Positions 37,695 to 51,340 of a stretch of DNA of 64,000 nucleotides are shown in pieces (positions within the stretch are counted from its first letter, which is position 1; each line of letters starts with the position of its first letter). A program made the translations under genes and the position numbers. Origin of the DNA: Zootoca vivipara. Lineage: Eukaryota. The notes beneath the pieces are model-generated. The model had not been told where the DNA came from and ran no database searches. It saw only the letters and a list, made by a program, of their open reading frames with translations. Location of the stretch: contig NC_083289.1 in NCBI RefSeq assembly GCF_963506605.1, positions 53,320,001 through 53,384,000 of the forward strand, given 5' to 3'.

Positions 37695-38165
37695 TAGAAT
37701 CATAGAATCATAGAGTTGGGAAAAACCACAAGGGCCATCCAGTCCAACCCCCTGCCAAGCAGGAAACACCATCAAAGCATTCTTGACATATGCCTGTCAA
37801 GCCTCTGCTTAAAGACCTCCAAAGAAGGAGACTCCACCACACTCCTTGGCAGCAAATTCCACTGCTGAACAGCTCTTACTGTCAGGAAGTTCTTCCTAAT
37901 GTTTAGGTGGAAGCTTCTTTCTTGTAGTTTGAATCCATTGCTCCGTGTCCGCTTCTCTGGAGCAGCAGAAAACAACCTTTCTCCCTCCTCTATATGACAT
38001 CCTTTTATATATTTGAACATGGCTATCATATCACCCCTTAACCTTCTCTTCTCCAGGCTAAACATACCCAGCTCCCTAAGCCGTTCCTCATAAGGCATCG
38101 TTTCCAGGCCTTTGACCATTTTGGTTGCCCTCCTCTGGACACGTTCCAGCTTGTCAGTATCCTTC
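37695..38165 (-). mobile_element. Young CR1 LINE 3' fragment
   Basis: Uninterrupted ORF2 C-terminus [30 protein letters not shown]...FKQRLD; (attctatg)n tail. Confidence 0.95.
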
Positions 38166-41098
38166 TAGGTCAAGGCTGGGCCACCAGACATTGGACTCCA
38201 ACTGCCCTGGCCAAAGTCAGGGAAGGTGGGAGCTGTTGTCCAGTGACACCTGGAGGGCCACAGGTACGCCATGCCTCTGCCCTAGGGAATACAGGAACCA
38301 GAGCAGAGCGGTTGCGGGTGGCTCTGCAGATGCTCCCACTCCTACACCCACTCTGGAAACATCATCTGCAGGCCGTAGGTCGGGCTCAACATGTCTGCTG
38401 CTCTGCTCAAACAAAGATTGTACAGACTAGCATAGCAGGCCATGAGGAAAAGGTGCCTATGTCAACAAGCTGGATCATAGAATAATAAACTGTCGAGTTG
38501 GAAGGGACCCCCAAGAGTCATCTAGTCCAGCCCCCTACAATGCAGGAATCTCAACAGAAAAGGCATGTTCCAGCCGCTATAGGAGACACAGTGCTAAGCA
38601 TCTTTCCCTGCCTCTGACAGACTGAGTGCAACTTCCAGCCGACAGCAATCTGGGGCATTGCAGAAACTAGTCTCAAAAGCCAGACCCCAACACTTAACCC
38701 ATTGCCCAGCCAATAAAAAGGCTAGTGAGGTTGGAAAGGGTCAGACTTAGATGCCCACCTCTTTCCAACATCCCCCCTGACCTGGAATCTGGTTTTATGT
38801 AAGCCCAAAGCCTCATGATGAACAGAGGCCTTGTGACCAGGGGTGGGGGACCTTTACATCAAGGGCAGCATTGGTGGGGCCAAAGCATTACCCTCCCCTC
38901 CCACTCACCCGCATCCACCCCCACCCCACCCCCGTTCACAGCCTGACTGATTAGCCTGCAACAAAAGAATTTCCACCCGATTTCTGTTCTAACTTGCCTG
39001 GGGGGTCCAAGCTGGAAAGACAGACATGGCCTCTTATGGATATATTTCCAAGCTGACAGGCACAACGTAGCAGCATCTTCTGACTGAAGGGTATGGCTAT
39101 ATATGGCAGGGGCACAAGGCCAGGAAGGGGGGGGGGACAGGGAGCTGGATTCCCAAACTTCCACCATCTATTTTTACACCAGTGGTTTGAGAATTCCTGC
39201 TTTTGGAAGCTGTGGAAACAACGACCCACAGATAATTGGGGGCGGGGTGGGGAGGAGAGAGGAAAAAGACAAGAGTCAAGGGAGACAGCTGCCTTCTTGC
39301 AGAGAAGCCAGTTCCCAAATATGTTTTACTTTATTACTGCACATTTTGGAGAGAGGCCATTTATCAAACATTTCTGGGCTTCCAATACAACCTGGATTCA
39401 AAAGCAGCTCCCTTGTGGAAGAATCCAAATACACTTTTCCCTTGTCCTTTGAAGTGAGTCGGAAGAGGAGAATGGCCTGGTGCAGCCTGCAGAGACTGTA
39501 CCGTATCAGAAGGAAGCGGGATGGGATTTAGGGGGGAAGGAGGAAAGAGCATCATTCAACGTCACCTCATTTGGGCTAGAAAGGAGTGGGTTCCAAGGAA
39601 GGTGGCACCAGGTAATTGCTCTGAGCAGGTAGCTCTGCTCTTGGAAGGCAGCGATGGGTGAGAGAGAGAGCCTGCCTTTCAACTCAAGCCTTCCACTGGG
39701 CAAAACACTCAGGGAAGGTCTCCCTCTGCAAACACTTCCCCTCCCACTCCATGGACTTCTTTGTGCTGATTCAGCATCTCCAGTTCCCTGCAGACGGGAT
39801 TGATCTGGATCCCCAGCGGCCTGCAGGAGCCACAAGATGAACGCAGGAGGCACATTTCAGAGAGGAAACCCGGTTTTAGGGGACGGCGTTTTGCGCAGGC
39901 ACAGCAAACCACCACTGCTCACTGCCCGACAACCTTGCAAGGCAGAGAAGTATCATCACCGCTTATGGGGGCGGCCCTGAAGCAGAGAGGGAGAATGTGG
40001 CTTGCCAAAGACGACCTAGTGAGTTCATAGCAGAGGCTAGAAGCAAACTAGGCACTACGCTCACCAACTCTGCATGTATGGGAAACGCTAAGATGCTTTC
40101 AGAAGTTGGAGGGGAGCTCCACAGGTCTCCCAGTCCCTGGTGCCCATCTGCCTCTTCCCAATCTTTCCTCCTCCCAGATCTCAGAAGCCGAACAAGCTCT
40201 GCCACCCAAAACAGGAAATGCACCTCATTTGCCAGTTATCCTCCCTGCAGAACCCATTTCCTTGGGGCAGGCCCGGGACTTCCCCTGCTTGAGGAAACCC
40301 ACGGATTTCAACGCAGTGTCTCTCCGGAGAAGCTCAGCACTCCCACTCCTCTCATGCCATCCTTGGCAAGCGCGTGCAGAGGGGCAGAGGCCTGCACCAG
40401 CCCCAGCGGCACAGTTGCCCCCCTTGGCTCAACCAGTCTCCTCTCCGCCTTCGTTTCCTCAACCGCCGTGCTGAAAAACACTGAGGCAGCAGCAGCTGAG
40501 TTTTTACTGCCCTTTTATGGTAGAAAAATGAAAACTGCCTACACAGCAGCAGCAGCAGCAAGAGCAGAGAGACACAGACGGAAACTTGCCATTTGTTGTG
40601 GTTTTGGCAAGGAGTCGATGGAGCATGTTCCTCACTGCCCCATTCAGAAGGGCGACCACCACTTAGGCGTTGAAAGGGGAAGGAAGTCGGAGGGGGCAGA
40701 AGAGAGCGGAGGCATCACACGCTGGACACCCCTGGCTTGCATCTGAAAACACCGCAAGCAGCACATGGATTTATGGCTATTTCCAATGCCCTGCCCCCGC
40801 CCCAAGGCTGTGTCACACTCTCGTGTGACCAAGGGAGAGAATCGAGGGAGTAACTAGCTGCAAATGGTGGTCCATTGAGCTCTATGGAACAAGGTGAATG
40901 GGCTGCCATCAGGGACGCAGAAAAGGGGGAGGAAAGTCTGCTCCTGCCAGATCAGCTCAGTGTCCCTCTTGGCCAAGCAGATGCCTCAATGGGAAAACCC
41001 ACAAGGAGGACCAGAGCGCAAGAGCACTCCCCTCTCCTGCCGTTCAGAAGCATTACAGCCTCCGACCTCACCCGTTTGTTAGGTTGGGGGCAGCATCA

Positions 41099-41107
41099 GC
41101 ACGCACG

Positions 41108-41149
<42 letters not shown>
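41099..41149. repeat. (GCAC)n(AC)n microsatellite
   Basis: Direct reading. Confidence 0.95.
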
Positions 41150-41150
<1 letters not shown>

Positions 41151-41805
41151 CCCAAATGGCTGCCTATATGTCCATGGAAGAAGGGAAAACAAGGCATGGC
41201 ATCCAGGGACCCTGATGCACTGCAGGAAGAACTTGCCCTCTTTCCCCCCAGCGAAAGAGTATGCAGACAGACGCAAGAGACTCTCGTGGGGGTCCCTTCT
41301 AGGTGCCACTGAAGAGAAGTCCACCTGCTTGTCAGAACAACTTTTCCCCTTCCAACCTTAGGATGTTCACTTTCCTCCGAAAAGCCAGAGACGGGGGAAA
41401 TGTCATGGACAAGGCCTGCATCCAAAGCTGCACAGATCCCATGAAGGAAGAAATGAAGGCAATGCCAAGGGGTCTACCAGCCTCCTCACCGCCCAGAGGA
41501 TGGCCAGAATGCAAGCAGCAGCCAAGGCCCATGAACAACACACGGCTCTTATTGGAAATCAGCTGGCGACAGAGCCTGTCCATTCTTGCCCCATCAGCAG
41601 AGCTTTCGGGAAGAGGGCAAGCCAGACGCGGGGGGTTAAAAAATGTGCCGCCAGAAAGCAAGAGGGGAAGCGGAGAGCAAGAATGGGCAGGTGCCTCTAA
41701 GGCCATAGGAGGAGGAGGAGGGGGATTGCAAAACGGGTATTGAGCCTGTGCTCAGAACTGGGATGGGATGATCTGGCCAAGGAAGACGGCTAAGTAATGC
41801 TTGTA

Positions 41806-41992
41806 CATTGGTACCTTCGGTTGCGGACGGGATCCGTTCTGAAGCTCCGGTCAGATCCCGAGGTTTCCGCAACTGGAGGGACCGCTTTTCCACATGCACA
41901 CGCAGCAGCAGACCGCTTCTGCGCATGCGGCAAAACACTTCTGGGTTTACCACTTTCTCAACCCGAGGGTAACGTAAGCTGAGGTGCTACTG
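41806..41992. mobile_element. Tc1/mariner-pogo type MITE
   Basis: ta|cattggtacct...gaggtgctactg|ta. Confidence 0.75.
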
Positions 41993-42854
41993 TAATGTAC
42001 GAAAAACTAGGGGAAATTGACTTTAAAAAAATAATTAAAGAAAATAAGATAAACAGATGGGGGGGAAAGAATGTTAATGGTAACCATGGAAGGGTCGAGG
42101 GAAGTCAAGGGATTCATAGAATCTTAAATGAGGTGGTGAACGACGTGTTTGAATTTAAAATATGTTATGTAAAAAGTTATATATATTACACACACACACA
42201 CATATATAATAAATAAAGACTGCTGACAGGAAGGTACAGGCCAGCCCTGTTTGAGACTCCTCTGCTGCCTTGACCAACCTCCCGCTGTTCTGGAACACAG
42301 CTCCCATCAAGGCCAAGTCGTGGGAATTGCAGGACAAAACCTCTGAAGGGTAGCAAAGGCTGCCGCACTGGCTGGCCTGCCCTTATTAGAAGAGTAAGGG
42401 AGAAATATCCCCCCTTGAGGATGTCTCCAGAGTGGTGTTTTGCTTTGCCTTTTACTCTGTGTCCACTATCTGCTACAGTACATAGGTGTCTATCTCAGGG
42501 AGCTGGGTAGCAGCCCCAGGTCAGGGGCAGAGCAGGTGATTTGCCCAGATGGCGCCAGGTTCTCTTCCCTGGCATCTTCCCAGCTACAAGGAACATGGGG
42601 AAGGAGGATCTTGCCGAAAGGCCTGCCGGAGACCCCGAGGGAGGTGGACCCCCAGCCTGACTCAGCAAGACATTTACAGGGCAGCTGCTTTTTGCTTTCA
42701 GTGCTGTGGCCACCTTGAGCACTGATCAGGAGCTGGAGTCAAGCGTAGGTCAGCAATAAAACAAAGCACCCCGTGTCAGTGACGCTAACCCTTATTGAAA
42801 GAAACAAAACAGCGCAGGCCTAATGATCATAGCATTTCTTGCCCCAATGCGAGG

Positions 42855-43200
42855 ACTGAAGGCCCCCACCCTCCCACTGCTCCCTAAGACTCACCCCCCA
42901 GCAGCCTAAGGTTCTGCCGTCTTGTCTCTCATTGCTTCTCCCTTTTCATACCTCTTCTGGTTCTGGGAGACTGGGGGAGGGAGGGAGCAGGTACCGTAGT
43001 AGCAGGAGGGAGATCTCCCTGGCTTCTTCAGCAGCCTGCCTCATCTCTGCCTCAGCCCCTCTGCTTCAGTCTTTGATTCTGGACTTCTCTCTGCCCCAGC
43101 CTCTCCCAGCTCACTAAGCCCTGCTGCCTCTTCAGCTTCCAACACCTCCTTCTCCCAGTCTGCTCCCTCTTCTCCCTCTGGCCACTCAACATCATCATTT
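42855..43200 (-). repeat. LTR-like segment, probable donor of 7361-7698
   Basis: Reverse complement match; the ORF track shows near-identical peptides at 7442-7633(-) and 42932-43117(+). Confidence 0.9.
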
Positions 43201-43206
43201 CATTTC

Positions 43207-43968
43207 AAATAAATAAAAAAATTGTCCAATAGCACCTTAGAGACCAACTAAGTTTGTTCTGGGTATGAGCCTTCGTGTTCATGCACACTTCTTCAGATAC
43301 ACTGAAACAGAAGGCACCAGACCCTTATATATAGTGGGAGGGTGGGGTGGGGTTTTTCTCAGGAGGGAAGTAGGAGAAGGGTGATTGACTCAATGGGTAT
43401 GAGTTACAGGTACAGTAGTAACAATGGGTATGGTAAGCCTGTTAACTGTTAACAACTGCAATTAGTCCTACAGAAAAAAGCAAAGGAATAATATGCAGAT
43501 GGCCAAAAATAGCTTTAGCATATGTAATGAGACAAGAATCCAATATCTCTATTCAGACCAGGTCTCTCTATAGTTTTCAGTTTAGTAATAAGTTAAAAGG
43601 TAAAGGGGACCCCTGACCATTAGGTCCAGTCGTGACCAACTCTGGGGTTGCGCGCTCATCTCGCATTATTGGCCGAGGGAGCCGGCGTATAGCTTCCAGG
43701 TCATGTGGCCAGCATGACAAAGCCGCTTCTGGCAAACCAGAGCAGCACACGGAAACGCCGTTTACCTTCCCGCTGTAGCGGTTCCTATTTATCTACTTGC
43801 ATTTTTTTACGTGCTTTCGAACTGCTAGGTTGGCAGGAGCTGGGACCAAGCAACGGGAGCTCACCCCGTCACAGGGATTCGAACTGCCGACCTTCTGATC
43901 AGCAAGCCCTAGGCTCAGTGGTTTAACCACAGCGCCACCTGGGTTGCTACTTAGAATTCAGCAACTTC
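43207..43968 (-). mobile_element. Penelope-like insertion (degenerate hammerhead at about 43262-43300) containing a nested Sauria SINE
   Basis: agcaccttagagaccaactaag...cttcttcagatac; 12-bp TSD tcatttcatttc (43195-43206 / 43969-43980). Confidence 0.8.
43594..43943 (-). mobile_element. Sauria SINE, near full length
   Basis: Minus strand ggtggcgctgtggttaaacc...gttcgaatccc head; accttt-type tail. Confidence 0.9.
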
Positions 43969-44262
43969 TCATTTCATTTCATTTATTGAATTTATATACT
44001 GCTCTATACCCAGAGGTCTCAGGGTGGTTCACAGTAAAAATCACAATATACAACATCAAAAATAAAATCCAATACCACCCCCACCATCCCAAAAGAGCCA
44101 CCTTTTAAAGGGTATAGGATGTTGATCGGTTAAGCAAAGGCCTGGTTAAAAAGGAACATTTTTGCCTGGCGCCTAAAGGTGTATAATGAAGGCGCCAGGC
44201 AAACTTCCCTGGGGAGAGCATTCCATAGACAGGGAGTTACTGCAGAGAAGGCCCCGTTCATC
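43969..44262 (-). mobile_element. L2-type LINE 3' fragment
   Basis: RAF-like AFSAVTPCLWNALP remnant; aataaatgaaatga tail. Confidence 0.75.
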
Positions 44263-45143
44263 CCCCACCCACCCCAGGCTCTGTGCTTTCTTCTCTTGGG
44301 GTTCTCCAGCTGGTGCCTCCCATCACTCTTCTGCATCCAACCAGTCCATGACAGGTAACACAGAAACCTCTCAAGTAAATCAATTATGGATGATACCAGT
44401 ACCAGCTATCTTTTCTTTTATTTAAATCCAGGATGGAGAACTGGGGGGGGGCTGCTGGGACCCCCAACTCCCATCATCCCCAACAAGTGTCCAGCCTGCC
44501 GCTATTCTAAGCCATGAGGACATTCAGACTCCCTTCCTGGCAGGACACAACTGCGGCATCACAAGCATCAGAAAGCAGAGGGAGCGGAAGAAGCACAAAC
44601 ATGGCCCTCGTCCCCAGTTGCTTTGGATGGACAGGAAGGAGCCGAAACAACTGGTTCAAATGGCAATAACGGGGCTTTGATGAACTTTAGGAAGAGCTTC
44701 CTGATGGCACGAGCTAATCAGCCTTGGGAAGGCGTGTCTAAGAAGCAGAGGGTGGAAGGACCTTTCATCCAGAGGTTTCTCAACAGAAGCTGAGTGGTCA
44801 CCCACTGGGGTGCCTAGTGCAGCCAATTTCTTGCAATGGCAAGGGATTGGTCTAGAGGCCCCTTCCAGGACTTGCATCCTGAGAAGATGTGCAGCTTAGA
44901 GGCTGGCATGATGACACTGCGGAGGAGATGGAGAAGCTTCAGTGTTTCTTCATCTCTTAGGAAGCATCTACCACCCACCTAGGTGATTGTATGTAGAATG
45001 TCTGTCCCCCGCACATTATTTTTTTGGGGGGGAGTAGTTATATAGAGGGAATGCAAGCAGGCAGGATTGAGAGTGGGAGAAAGATTGTGCAGGTAGGTGG
45101 AAATAGCATCAAGATTTCAGAGATGAAAACAGGGAAAGTATTA

Positions 45144-45564
45144 CCGTATTTTTCGCTCCATAAGACGCAATTCCCCCCCCCCCAAAAAAAGGAAGGGGAA
45201 ATGTCTGTGCGTCTTATGGGGCGAAGGCACGGCTGCTCCGCCCTCTGCCACAGCCGCCGACAGCGGCAAAGGGGCAGGGGAGGGACAAGCAGCCCAAAAG
45301 CAGCCCTTTTGGGCCGCTCGTCCCTCTGCCGCCTCTGCCGCTCGCAAGAGCCAGCATAGGAGCCGCGGTTGGGAGAGGCACAGCGCATTGCCTCTCCCAA
45401 CCGCGCCTCCAGTCCCTGCCCCAGCGAGAGGTGGTGGCAGGACCGGTTGTTTATTAAATAGTTTAGTACAACATTTGATTCAGAATATTTTTTCTTGTTT
45501 TCCTCCTATAAAAAACCTAAGCGCATCTTATGGTCAGGTGTGTCTTATGGAGCGGAAAATATGG
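45144..45564. mobile_element. Tc1/mariner-type MITE
   Basis: ta|ccgtatttttcgctccataagac...gtcttatggagcggaaaatatgg|ta. Confidence 0.85.
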
Positions 45565-46220
45565 TAATCTGTGAGGATCTCTGTTCTGGTTAAGAGGCGA
45601 ACAGGAAAGGAGAGCTCATTGCACTCAGCTGCCTAAAAGGGAGCTGGCAGAAGCAGGCAGCCAAGCCTCTCACCCTTCTGGCCTGCCCCAAATGCTGTGC
45701 ACTCCTTCAAGGATGGGTTGTTACCGTGGCAACAGTATCTTTCACCTCCCAACTATCCAGCTCACTGGAAACACTGCAGCGTTCTGTGCTGAGACTGCAA
45801 AGGAGAGCAGACAGCTGCCTCTGCCCATAATATACAAGGAGATATACAATCCTGGCAAAGAAACCGCCACTGTCAGCAAGTTACGCCGTCTGCTTAAGAA
45901 ACAAGCAGGCATGTGTGTGCCCTGTGTCCAAGCCAATCAACTGGGACAGGAAATTGGGGGGGGGGGCGGCAGCCAAGCTGCTCAACCGCCAGCATCCATA
46001 GGGGCCGAGAACTAAGAGGTTAAACAGCTTCTAAATTTACCAGGGGTTTGGAAGAGGGTTGCAGATGTTAAGCAAGGAAGTGGGTGGGGAGAAAAACAGT
46101 ATCTAGAAATTCCCTTGAACGCAAAGTTCTGACTTCCGTTTTGAAGAGTGGACAACCAGAAGGTGCTCTTTCTTTTTGGCAAAGTTATACGTAGGGCACA
46201 AAGGCAACGGACTTAAGAGA

Positions 46221-46675
46221 GTAAGAACATAAGGCGAGCCCTGCTGGATCAGGTCCATGGCCCTTCTAGTCTAGCATTTTGCCAACCAGATGCTTGGGGG
46301 AAGCCGCAAAGCAGGAGCCAAGCAGGAGCCCATCCTGCACTTGGGTACTGGTACTCAGTGGTACTCACTGGTACCTGCAACTGGTACTCAGAAGCAAACC
46401 TGCCTTCTCCCATGGAGGCAGAGAAAAGCCATTGTGGCTTGTAGCCATCGATAGCTGTCTCCTCTTCCATGAAGTTGACTCTTTTAAAGCCATCCAAGTT
46501 GGTAGCCATCCCTGCCTCCTGTGGGAGAGAGTTCCACAGTTTAACAATGTGCTGCATGAAGAAGTCCTTCCTTTTGTCTGTCCTGACTCTTCCAACATTC
46601 AGCTTCCTAGAACATCCACGAGTTCCAGTGCTAGCAGAGAGGGAGAAAAACTTTTCTCTGTCCCCTTTCTCCACA
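46221..46675 (-). mobile_element. Older CR1 LINE 3' fragment
   Basis: DREKFFSLS...RTDKRKDFFMQHIVKLWNSLPQE; taagaacataag tail. Confidence 0.85.
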
Positions 46676-49435
46676 CCACCTCTTCGCTAATCTAAGAAAT
46701 CCCAGGTGTTGGAGCCTTCCTGTTTTCCTGAAACAGGCATCAAGCCTATAGGCCTGCGATCTCCAGGATCCTCTCTTGATCCCATGTCAAAAACGGGTGT
46801 TGCATCGTCCACTTTCCAGTCCTCGGGCTTATCAGAACCTCAGAGAAGGTTCTATTTAACTACCATGGCTGATAGGACTTGGTGGAATTTGCTTTGAACA
46901 CGTCACAAATCAAAACACCGCAAGCCACTGATGCCAGACGGAGCCACTCCTGCCTGGAAAGTTCTGATATGGCTGTGAGCACTGGTACAATTGCAACTCC
47001 TGCCCATAGCCAGAGCATTTTTTGCTTTTTGTGGGGCTGGATACCACCAGCTCTGCTGAGCAGCCAGGCTCCTCCCTCCTGGCAACAGACATTCACGGCA
47101 TCAGGCAGCAGTAGAAGAAAGGAGAGAAGAGACCAGCCACATTTTGGTGCCCCCTCGCCTTGAACGTTTCCACTCCACCTGGTCATTAGAACTGGTACTC
47201 TATTTTTCTTCTCCCTCCCAATCTGTTTTCCTTTTGTGACATGCCTAACGGCAGGGATTATCTCTCCTCTCTCTCTCTCTCTTTGGGATCTGTAAACTGC
47301 TGCAGGATTCTTCTTTGGCTGAAGAGAGGGACAAAATTAAACAAACTAGCATCTACTACCCAAGGAGCGGAGAGGGGGAGTTCCAATATTCAGCCACCAG
47401 CCATTAGATCCATTATTATTGCTGCAATACGATAAATGCATTTGAAGAATGCAAGCCGGCAGGAGGCAATTCTTTTGGAGTCTAAAGGCTTCCACATACA
47501 GCACAAGCCATTAAGTAGCATGTGCATATGACTGTTGGTGTTTGATGAATGACGCTTTTAACATATCCCCCCCCCAACTCCAGCGACCAACAGGATTCTA
47601 ATGGAAGTCTTGGCTGTATATAGGGGTCCATTCAGACATCACAAAATGAGCCCCAGGTAGACAACCCAGGATGCAACCGCAACACTGCTTTTGATACTTG
47701 CTGAGAGGGGAGTGCCTGGTAGACAGCCTCTGGCTCCACTTTCTTCCAGGAAGTTCCCTGCAAAGGCAGCTTCTTCTGCAAAGACTTGCTTTCCTTGCAC
47801 TGCTGCATCAGGGTGTTTTCAGCTGCCCACTACCCCCACTGCATGTCCTCTTGTCAGGGGTCATGCTACACAGCAGCCATGTGGGTTTTCTGGAGAATTC
47901 TGAATAGAATTTCTTCCCCCTACATAATTTTCAGATGCCCTAAATATCAAGCGGTAGAAGGCAATGCTTCCTCCCGCTCTGCCAGGGCAGGAGGATATTG
48001 GAAGCATTTACTTCCCGGTTTAATCCGAGTTTGCTATGTCCAAACTGTGCCAAAAATCATGTTTCAATCCTTGCTCCTTTCAGTAGCTTTGGATGTAAAG
48101 GCAAACCGTGGTTACAAATTCTGTAACACAATGCATTTTTTAGAAACTGAATTTTCCACACAAAATAAGAAAGTAATTCCAATAGTTCACAGTCATCCCC
48201 TCACCTTTTTGGCCAAAGAAATTAAAGAACACAGACACTGTGCGAGAGACAGATAAGCCAAAGAAAAAGAGGGTCACCACAGCGAATCTCTAGCAAGGCC
48301 GCCAAGTGGGTGTGAAACACCACATTGCTGAAATTATTACAGTATTATTATTAATGCCCCGCCCATCTGGCTGGGTTTCCCCCACCACTCTGGGCGGCTT
48401 CCAACAAAGATTAAAATACATTAAAACATCACAGATTAAAAACTTCCCTAAACAGGGCTGCCTTTAGGTGTTTTCTAAATGTCAGGTTCCTCATGAGGTA
48501 ACAGGTATGGCCAAGATCATGAGCCTTGGGGCATTCCAGGAATTGAGAGACCTCAGCAGACACCCATACATTTAGGAGCTCAACGGATGATCTCTTGCAC
48601 ACTGCACTCTCTCCAGGGCTGCGTGGGGAACTCCTTGGAGGAAGGCCTGAATGTGACAGGCAACTAAACAAAAGGCTCTGAAGGTCTCGGGCTCAGCAGA
48701 GCCCCATGGATTATTTCTTGCTTTTAGAGAGAGTATCCCAGCTACCGAAAAGAGAGACTTACATAGGATTAACTCTGGCCTTGCATAGACCAATGGCACC
48801 ACCTAGTGGTTCCCACCCTCCAATATTCCAGTTCTCATATTTTCTTGGTTTCATGCAAATCTCTGTTGCTGTTCATTGAGATGGGCTCCTCCTATGCCAG
48901 TGGCTGCAGCTATCAGTCATGTCCGCACGCGCTGACCCACATTGTCCAGTATGCTGCCCGCTCAGCACTCTGTGCCTCTGCAGAGAAGCCGCATTCAGCC
49001 AGAAAACAAGAGCAGCACCAGGCTAGCTCAAAATCTAGTCTTGTGGGAATAGGCCAGGGTGCACTGCATAGCACACTGACTGCACCCACCAATTAAAAGC
49101 ACCTGAAGGGCTATTTCTGCAAAACAGGCAGAAGACACGGCACACGAAGCTGCCCCTTGAGTTATTGTGACTTCCGCCATGCCAAGAACCCCCAATCCCT
49201 CTTCCAACAGTTTGCTTCCCCGGGCAGCTGTTGCCATCTCAAAAGCTCAGCCTGGCACGCACTCTTCTTGGCCAAGGCCCCTGCAAGGAACTCCATGCCA
49301 AGCTCTCCTTCCCACTCAATCCACTGCTGAGCCAGGCAGCAGAGGACAGAGCCTTGCTCCTTCCATGCTGTCAGCTGCTACCGCCTGCCTTGTTGCATCG
49401 CCAGCCAATCGCAAAATTAAAAGTTCACCTCTTAC

Positions 49436-49514
49436 CTTCCGGCATCGAGGGTTGGGGCAGCTGAACCGCTTCACATCCTTGTCCAGCAGAGCTGGGAAGC
49501 TGCAGAAGGGACAC
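49436..49514 (-). CDS. RNF216: RNF216 exon (about 13), 79 nt, IBR first half
   Basis: ccgcag|GTGTCCC...CGGAAG|gtaaga; (R)[26 protein letters not shown]. Confidence 0.97.
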
Positions 49515-49650
49515 CTGCGGGCCAAGGAAGAGCGGAGTTGAGGGTTTTGTACTAACTTCTCACTGTATAGTCCTCAAAGGTCTGCTGCCAGTCTCCCTGA
49601 CTCTCCTGATCTCCTGTTTCCTTTCCTGCAGAACTTCAAAGGAGATTAGA

Positions 49651-49652
<2 letters not shown>

Positions 49653-49696
<44 letters not shown>
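49653..49696. repeat. (CA)n microsatellite
   Basis: Direct reading. Confidence 0.95.
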
Positions 49697-49698
<2 letters not shown>

Positions 49699-49877
49699 TT
49701 TACCGTAAGGCAAACAGGGGATCAACCTGGTTTTCCACAGGGCTGCAGCCGGAAGCCAGGATTGTGTGTGCATGTGATCCTAAGCTAGCACCTAGCTGCT
49801 GCTAATGTGTGAATTGGCCAAAGGTGGCTTGGAACCTGAGAATCCCCCAGGAGGCTCAGACCGAAGCGCTAGGCTCA

Positions 49878-50027
<150 letters not shown>

Positions 50028-50334
50028 CTAGACACCGGAGAAAGACAGAGAAAGGCTAAGGTTATAGGAAGTTCAGCACTGTTTGTCAGTCGTTTATACA
50101 GCACCATTCCAACACGCAGAGCTGTTTTGCGACATCTGGGATATTGAACTGGGTTATTTTGCAATCATTTTCTTATGGGAGGCTGCACATGCATCACGGT
50201 GGAACTTTCTGCTAAGCCGCAACAGTATGTTTTCATCCTCCAAGCACCATCCTCTGCTGGAGGATGTCACCCAGCCAGGACTGTCCAACTCACACCAACA
50301 CAAGACACTTGACCCAAAAAAAGTAGGAGCAGTT

Positions 50335-51000
50335 GGTACTTAACCCCAGTTAAATTGGCAAATTTTTACAAACTAAAATCTAATACTTGCTGGAGATGCA
50401 AGAAAGAAATCGGAACAATGTATCATATGGGGTGGAAGTGTCGACTTATCAAACAATTTTGGAATAATATATATGAAGAAATTAAAAATATGTTTAAAAT
50501 ATCTTTTATCAAGAAACTGGAAGCATTTCTTCTGGGTTTAATCACAAATGATATTCCTAGCAATAAAAAGAAAGTATTTCTATATGCTACAACGCCTGCC
50601 AGGATGCTTACAGCAAAGAATTGGAGGGGGAGGGGGAAATCCCATCCAAATTAAACTTTGTGAATATATAGATTTGACAAGATTAACGGCAGTCTTAAGG
50701 GGACAATCAGAACAAAAATTCATAAAAGAATGGGACTGCATTAAAGAATACATGAAAAAACATTGTTCTGGACCAAAAATATTGGCATGTAATGAGTGAA
50801 GCTTTGCAGGGTCAAAGAAATGAAGAAACGGTTGTAATAGGTATAAAGCTAGAAGTAATATATTTATCTAGCACAACAATTAAGAAGACTGAAAATTTGA
50901 AGTCCCAAAACAGTGGAAGGAAGTCAAAGTTTATGTATGTTTTGTTATGTCTTGCAAATGTTATGGTTTTTCTTTGTTTTCTTTTTGGTTTTATATGTAT
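50335..51000 (+). mobile_element. L1-clade LINE 3' fragment, antisense to RNF216
   Basis: CCHC knuckle CWRCKKEIGTMYHMGWKC...FWNNI; A-rich; frameshifted. Confidence 0.85.
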
Positions 51001-51202
51001 AATTTATGTTGTAATTTTGCACTGAATTTTTTTTTTTAATAGCAGCAGTTGAAACAGCCCACAATGAACGATGCCATATGGACACAGCTAAAAAGCAGGA
51101 GTGGGATGAGGCGAGTAAACCGGCAGTGACGTGAAAGAAGACCAAGTCAGGAGGCCTGGAAATCTCCACCGTTCCATGCACCCAGGAGATCTCTGTCCTT
51201 AC

Positions 51203-51340
51203 CTTGCCGGAGCCAAAGACTGCTTCCTGAGCGTACTTGATTAGGCACTCCTTGCAAAACAGATGTCCATCCGCACATTGCGTCAGCTCCTCAAAGGCAA
51301 AGTCCCCGTAGCAACAGCAACACACGATCATCTGGCCATT
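51203..51340 (-). CDS. RNF216: RNF216 exon (about 11), 138 nt, RING1 first part
   Basis: ttgcag|AATGGC...GGCAAG|gtaagg; [46 protein letters not shown]. Confidence 0.97.

Noticed and set aside
39997-40746. 249-aa ORF on the + strand inside the long intron
   Set aside because: No recognisable domain, low-complexity Ser/Pro/Ala content, no supporting splice or promoter context; consistent with a chance ORF in GC-rich DNA.
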